Positions 55,648-60,234 of a stretch of 60,234 nt of DNA are shown here, in pieces. The stretch lies in the IMG/VR virus record IMGVR_UViG_3300045996_001815, positions 1-60,234 of that record. One strand, given 5' to 3'. The position numbers were made by a program, and so were the translations under genes. The stretch is from a virus (lineage: Duplodnaviria > Caudoviricetes). The notes below the pieces were generated by a model. It had not been told where the DNA came from. It was given only the letters and a program-made list of their open reading frames with translations, and did not search any database. Every line of letters starts with the position of its first letter. Position 1 is the stretch's first letter.

Positions 55648-58451
55648 TTTTTCATCCGCGATAGCATCGTGCCCGGCATCTTGGTAGCGGCCATTTCCAT
55701 GACAGCGCCGTAGAACGCCTTGCGATTGCGCTTCGCAAAGTCTTGGATGGACATCGCGTCCATGGCATTTATTTGGACGGTCATCCCGCCCCCGCCGAAC
55801 CCGCTGCCGTCGCGCAGCCCTTCCGCGAAGTTTTTCGGCACCACGGTCTCGCCCTTGTGGATCTGCGCCACCATGTCATTCGGCACGTTCCAGGCGCCTA
55901 CATCGAGAGACGCCAGGCCCTGATATGCCGCCACTGCAGCGAAGGCCGCAGTGGCTGCCGCAGGCGCCAGGATCCAGCCAACGTAGGGGATCTGCGCCAC
56001 GCTCGCGTAGGTGCCGGAGAACGCCTTGGCGGCATTCTGAAGCACGGTCGACTTGCCCGCTTTGGCCGCCGCGACTGCCGAGGTTGCAGCGCCCGCGGTG
56101 CTCGCCGCTGTCCGTGCTGCCTCGCCGGCGGTGGTTGCCGTGGTGCGCGCTGCCTGGCCGGTGACCGTCGCAACGGTCTTCTGCTGCTCGGCGAGCAGGT
56201 GATAGAGGATGCCGCCCTCCTGCATGGCCTTGGTCGCCGCCTGCTCGGTACGCCCGAGCAACAACCGAGTCGTCAGCGCCTTCGCATCAGCTTGCAGCTC
56301 CTTGACGAGCATCTGCGAGCCGATCTCGAGGAGCGATTGCGACATGCTCTTGCGACCGGTGAGCATGTCGGAAATGAACTGGCCCTCCGCGTCTTGTATC
56401 CCGCGCACGGCGGTTTCCCACGCGGTGCCCTGCTGCTTCGCGAGCTGGATCGCGGCCGACGAGGCCTGCCGATCCAATTTCTGCATCTCCAGCACCTGCC
56501 GCTCTTTGAGTTCGCGGATCTTGTCGTAAACCCGCGCGTACTCCACCGGCTGGCGCTCCAGCGCCGCAAGCTGCCGCTCCAGCGACTGGATCTCGAGAGC
56601 GTACTCTTGCTCCGCGAACCCCTTCAGCGCCGCAATCTTTTCTTGTGCGGTAATCCTCTCCGCCTGGACCTCGAGGTCCAGCGCATCTTTCTTCCCGTCG
56701 ATCTGCGCTTTTTTGATGGCCAAGTCGGTATCTGCCGTCGACTTGGCAATGGCCTGCGACTGACTCTGAGCCTCTCTGTTGAGCCTCGTGATTGCGTCGT
56801 TGAGCTTGGTCTGCACCTGCACGCGATTCGCGGCGGTCAACCGGTCCGTGGCGAGCAGATCCTGGTAGGCCTTCGCTTCCAGCGCCAGCCGCTCGAGCGC
56901 GCCACGCTCAACCTCGGTGTTGATTAGAGCGACCTGCTCTTGAACGCCGGCAACAGATTCCTTACTGCGAGCGAGCCGAATCTGCGTGTCGAGCTGAGAA
57001 ATCTCGGTCTGAATCGAGATGTACTCCGCGGAGTTCTCTCGAACCGACGCGAGCGATTGAGCAGCGATCTGCCGCTGCCGTTGCAACATGCCGGACTGCG
57101 TGCCGTCCCATGCTGAGGCCAGCTGACTCATTTGCTGGCGCATGCGGTCCAACGCCGGGCCGAACTGCAGTGCGTCCAAATCTCTGCGTGCCTTATCGAG
57201 GCTGCTGCTCAGCAGGTCGACACTGACCTGATCGCCCCGCTCACGCGCAACCTCCAGCGCCGCAGACAGCTGGTCAGCCTTGTCCTTTGCGTCACCGATT
57301 TGCTTCGATATCGGATTGTCATTCTTCGCGATCTCCACGCCTGCCTTGAGCGTTTGCTCCTTGGTTTGGGGCGTAGCTGCGATCTGTTGCGCGACCTTCT
57401 TCAGCAGGCTGGACTGCTTTTCAATTTCCTCGTTCTGCCGCTTCGTCATTAACGCGCGGACCGACTCTAAAGGTATCCCGGCTGTGATCGCGGCTCTGTA
57501 TGCAAGGAAGTTCTTTATGCTCGCGAACATAGATGTGCTCTGCTCGACGATGCCTTCTCGCGAACGATCGACAGCAGCTGTCACGAGATCCAACTTGGCG
57601 GCGAAGACCTGGTTAGCGTCTCCGCTATCATCGGCGGCGTTTGCAGCGTTGAGCTGCTCCTGCGTCATACCTTTCAGTTCTTTGGCGAGATCTTCAGCTG
57701 AAGTGCCAGCATCGAACATCGCCGCGAGCTGCGCTCCCGCCGCAGCGGAATCTTGCTGGGTAGCGGTAGCAAATTTGGAAACTACCGTGGCCAGTCCCTT
57801 GAGCTGGTCAGATGTCACGTCTTCCAACTGAGTGAACGACGCGGCAATGCTTTCTGCTTCAGATCGTGAGATGTTGGAGGCCTTGGCAAGCTCCCTAGCC
57901 AACTCGTTCACCGCGGCCCGTGTGATATTCACGTTGCCCGCAAACTGCGCGCCGATGCGGATTTGGTCGAGTGCCTTCTGCGACTCGATCGCTCGAACCG
58001 CGAGGTACCCTAGTGCTGCCGCAGCTGCGCCAACCGCGCCCGCCATCAAAAGACCGCTGTTGCGCAGCTCAACGAACTGATCGACGATACCCTTGATGGT
58101 TTCGGGTATCTCAGTGAGGTCGCCCGAAGCGACCTGCTCGAAGAGCTGCTTGAAATTGTCCGCGGCGCCTTTCGCGGCATCCTCTGCGCCCTCGCCGAGT
58201 TCCTCTGACGCCTCCGCCGCTCCACGCAGTTCATCAGTGTAGGCCCGGGCCTGCTCCCTCGCCGCCAGCAGGTCCCCGGAGAGTTGCTGCATCCGATCAA
58301 TGCCGGCCTGATCGATGGTGCCGCGTGCGGATTCGCGCGCGAGCTTGTTCAGTTCAGACGTCAGCCCGCTGACGTTCGCCTTCGCAATCGCCATCTTGGT
58401 CTGCAGGTCGATGACATCTGCAGTGATTTTGACCGCGAGTGAATTGCTCAT
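55644..58451 (-). CDS. Tape measure protein
   Basis: 935 aa Ala-rich helical protein; LDVGAW.VP.D.VA.IHKGE.V.P at the C-terminus. Confidence 0.92.
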   Translation of the reverse strand: MSNSLAVKITADVIDLQTKMAIAKANVSGLTSELNKLARESARGTIDQAGIDRMQQLSGDLLAAREQARAYTDELRGAAEASEELGEGAEDAAKGAADNFKQLFEQVASGDLTEIPETIKGIVDQFVELRNSGLLMAGAVGAAAAALGYLAVRAIESQKALDQIRIGAQFAGNVNITRAAVNELARELAKASNISRSEAESIAASFTQLEDVTSDQLKGLATVVSKFATATQQDSAAAGAQLAAMFDAGTSAEDLAKELKGMTQEQLNAANAADDSGDANQVFAAKLDLVTAAVDRSREGIVEQSTSMFASIKNFLAYRAAITAGIPLESVRALMTKRQNEEIEKQSSLLKKVAQQIAATPQTKEQTLKAGVEIAKNDNPISKQIGDAKDKADQLSAALEVARERGDQVSVDLLSSSLDKARRDLDALQFGPALDRMRQQMSQLASAWDGTQSGMLQRQRQIAAQSLASVRENSAEYISIQTEISQLDTQIRLARSKESVAGVQEQVALINTEVERGALERLALEAKAYQDLLATDRLTAANRVQVQTKLNDAITRLNREAQSQSQAIAKSTADTDLAIKKAQIDGKKDALDLEVQAERITAQEKIAALKGFAEQEYALEIQSLERQLAALERQPVEYARVYDKIRELKERQVLEMQKLDRQASSAAIQLAKQQGTAWETAVRGIQDAEGQFISDMLTGRKSMSQSLLEIGSQMLVKELQADAKALTTRLLLGRTEQAATKAMQEGGILYHLLAEQQKTVATVTGQAARTTATTAGEAARTAASTAGAATSAVAAAKAGKSTVLQNAAKAFSGTYASVAQIPYVGWILAPAAATAAFAAVAAYQGLASLDVGAWNVPNDMVAQIHKGETVVPKNFAEGLRDGSGFGGGGMTVQINAMDAMSIQDFAKRNRKAFYGAVMEMAATKMPGTMLSRMKN

Positions 58452-58792
58452 GGGCTGTTGGATGGCTGGAGAGTCGCGGAAATTCGACCGTTGGTCGCGT
58501 CGTAGAAGTCCTTGATGTTCATGGCGCCCGCTGCCCAGCGTCGTTCGAGCGACGCCCGGTGCGCGGCCTCAGCTTCCTCCGCAGTCATCTGCTTAGCGCC
58601 CTTCGGCTCCCATGTGGTCTGTACCATGACTTGGATGCGCAGCAGTTCGTGATCTGGCGGGAATTCCTGCCAGTACGAGAACAGCGCTCGAGCATCTGAG
58701 AAGCGAATCGAGCGAACCGCGTCCGGTGTAATCTTGAGCGCTGTCGCCATGCGCGAGATCAGGTAACCCCAATCTACGCTTGAGCTTCCCCC
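58448..58792 (-). CDS. Tail assembly chaperone, -1 frameshift extension (GT-like)
   Basis: The -1 frame after GGGGGAA reads GSSSVDWGYLISRMAT... into ORF 58448..58750. Confidence 0.7.
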   Translation of the reverse strand, partial: GGSSSVDWGYLISRMATALKITPDAVRSIRFSDARALFSYWQEFPPDHELLRIQVMVQTTWEPKGAKQMTAEEAEAAHRASLERRWAAGAMNIKDFYDATNGRISATLQPSNSP

Positions 58793-59094
58793 GGCTGCGG
58801 ATCTCCCGGCTGCACCTCTTCGGTGATGAGGCCCGAGAACATCATGATGCGCTTTACGATGTTCTTCATCGTCTGCACGTCGCCGACGCGCATGCTGCGA
58901 ATTTTCTCCGGCTTCATCTCCGGGTAGGTCGGCAGCAGCGCGGTGCTCACCACGCCGACCTGGTAGTTCCAGAACTCCTTGATGTCGCCCTCGCGGAATC
59001 CGCCGATGAGCATGTGCAGGCTTTCGACCTGCCCCACCGTCAGCTCGTTGACGGTGTACTTCTTGCCTTCGATCTCGATCTCAATCGTCTTCAT
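58774..59094 (-). CDS. Tail assembly chaperone (G-like)
   Basis: Between tail tube and TMP; ends SGL...PGE. Confidence 0.8.
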   Translation of the reverse strand: MKTIEIEIEGKKYTVNELTVGQVESLHMLIGGFREGDIKEFWNYQVGVVSTALLPTYPEMKPEKIRSMRVGDVQTMKNIVKRIMMFSGLITEEVQPGDPQPGEAQA

Positions 59095-59097
59095 TGA

Positions 59098-59868
59098 TTA
59101 TCCCAAGGTGGCCAAGCTGATGATGCCAATCTGATCGGAGGCATTGGCGAACGCCTTGCCGGTGTATTCCGGCATCATGAAGTCGCTCACCTTGTGGCTC
59201 GTCTTCACGCCGGTCATCACGACGTTGAAGAGCCGCAGGAAGTACGTTGCTCCATACAGCGTCGACTTGTAATCGAGGGTGACGACTTCCGTGGTGCCGA
59301 TGTCGTTGTTGGGGATGATCAGACTTTGCCCGGCAGCGCCCGAAGTGAAGCTGTAGGCAAAGCTGATCTTGACGAGATCGGTGGTGTCGGCCGCTGCGAA
59401 CGTATAGACGCCAGCAGACACCGCATATTGACCGGTCGTCGGCGTGCCGGTGACGAGCTTGTACGGCTGGCCGGTGTCGGCATTGATCACGCCCAGATCC
59501 CTGTTGTACGTGCCTGAGGAGGGCGGGGTCGGCGTGATCTGATACGGCGTTCCTGGAATCGCCGTCGACGCGGTGGTAGTGATGTCGTACTCGGTGCCGA
59601 TGGTGAACGTGCCGCCGAGCAGGAATGTGTTGATTGCCTGGCCGCTCGTCTTCGCGGCCTTGATCGAGATATCCACGCTCTTGGTGCCGGTAGCGACCAG
59701 CAGCGGAAACTGCTTCTGCCCCCACAGCTCCTTCACGTCGGATTTGAAATCCACCGACAGCTCGTTGATGGATCCGATGTTGTACGGCGTGGCATTTGCC
59801 GTGCTGACGCTTGTGAAATACAACACGCCCGGGCCGAATACGCCCTGCGCTACGACATTTGCTGTCAT
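59098..59868 (-). CDS. Major tail tube protein
   Basis: FGPG.L, KEL.GQ.QFP, GQY.V..G.YTFAAAD, DF..PE. Confidence 0.85.
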   Translation of the reverse strand: MTANVVAQGVFGPGVLYFTSVSTANATPYNIGSINELSVDFKSDVKELWGQKQFPLLVATGTKSVDISIKAAKTSGQAINTFLLGGTFTIGTEYDITTTASTAIPGTPYQITPTPPSSGTYNRDLGVINADTGQPYKLVTGTPTTGQYAVSAGVYTFAAADTTDLVKISFAYSFTSGAAGQSLIIPNNDIGTTEVVTLDYKSTLYGATYFLRLFNVVMTGVKTSHKVSDFMMPEYTGKAFANASDQIGIISLATLG

Positions 59869-59882
59869 GGGACAACTCCAAG

Positions 59883-60234
59883 TTAGGGAACGATGATCTC
59901 TACGTCGATCACGGCGATCGACTGGTCGCCTGTGTCACCGGGAAAAATTTCGATCGCGCTCTCGCCGTCAGCGATGCGGCACCAGTGCACGAGTCCGCCG
60001 ATGGTGTAGCGACCCACATGCTGATCGCCATCCTGCGGGCTGAGGATCGATTGCACCGCATCCAGCAGGCTGTTGATCTCGACGATGGACGAGGCGCCTT
60101 CGTACTTGCCGCCGTTGGCATAGATGAAGATCTCACCGCTCAGGCGGCGCACGGGGCTGTACTCTCCGCCGGCGTACGAGAACGACTCGGCGTTCGGTCG
60201 CAGGAAGATCGCAGGCTGCGAGGTCACTTCGTTC
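59883..60234 (-). CDS. Putative tail terminator, 3' part
   Basis: QPAIF...LLDAVQ...TIGGLVHWCRI...GD; in frame with 417..1. Confidence 0.75.
   Translation of the reverse strand, partial: NEVTSQPAIFLRPNAESFSYAGGEYSPVRRLSGEIFIYANGGKYEGASSIVEINSLLDAVQSILSPQDGDQHVGRYTIGGLVHWCRIADGESAIEIFPGDTGDQSIAVIDVEIIVP
60108..60234. repeat. Terminal direct repeat, right copy
   Basis: Identical to 1-127. Confidence 0.97.

Overview
The window looks like a complete, circularly assembled temperate siphophage genome of about 60.1 kb. Bases 1-127 are repeated exactly at 60108-60234 and a tail gene reads in frame across the junction. The host is probably a high-GC proteobacterium (lambda-type Int/Xis, Rz/Rz1 spanins, CsrA). 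The minus strand carries cro, three solo LuxR-HTH genes, ParB-like, helicase, Toprim primase and Q-like genes. It then carries a late operon: an 8-gene fibre/lectin module, HNH, terminases, HK97-type head, tail with DUF2460/DUF2163/NlpC tip, and an expanded lysis cassette. The plus strand carries a short cI, a long early operon (CsrA-like, SSAP/exonuclease, HNH, NinB, many small genes), xis-int, an intact attP and a separately regulated HTH-led operon. The most unusual elements are: (1) a stand-alone response-regulator receiver domain coupled to the endolysin gene, with three membrane proteins upstream; (2) a 220-nt tRNA-shaped non-coding element; (3) a tandem single-chain CsrA; (4) two apparently circularly permuted half-barrel lipoproteins; (5) an Aca-like operon with twin promoter/operator units. 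All calls come from reading the sequence and recalling family motifs; no searches or folding programs were run.
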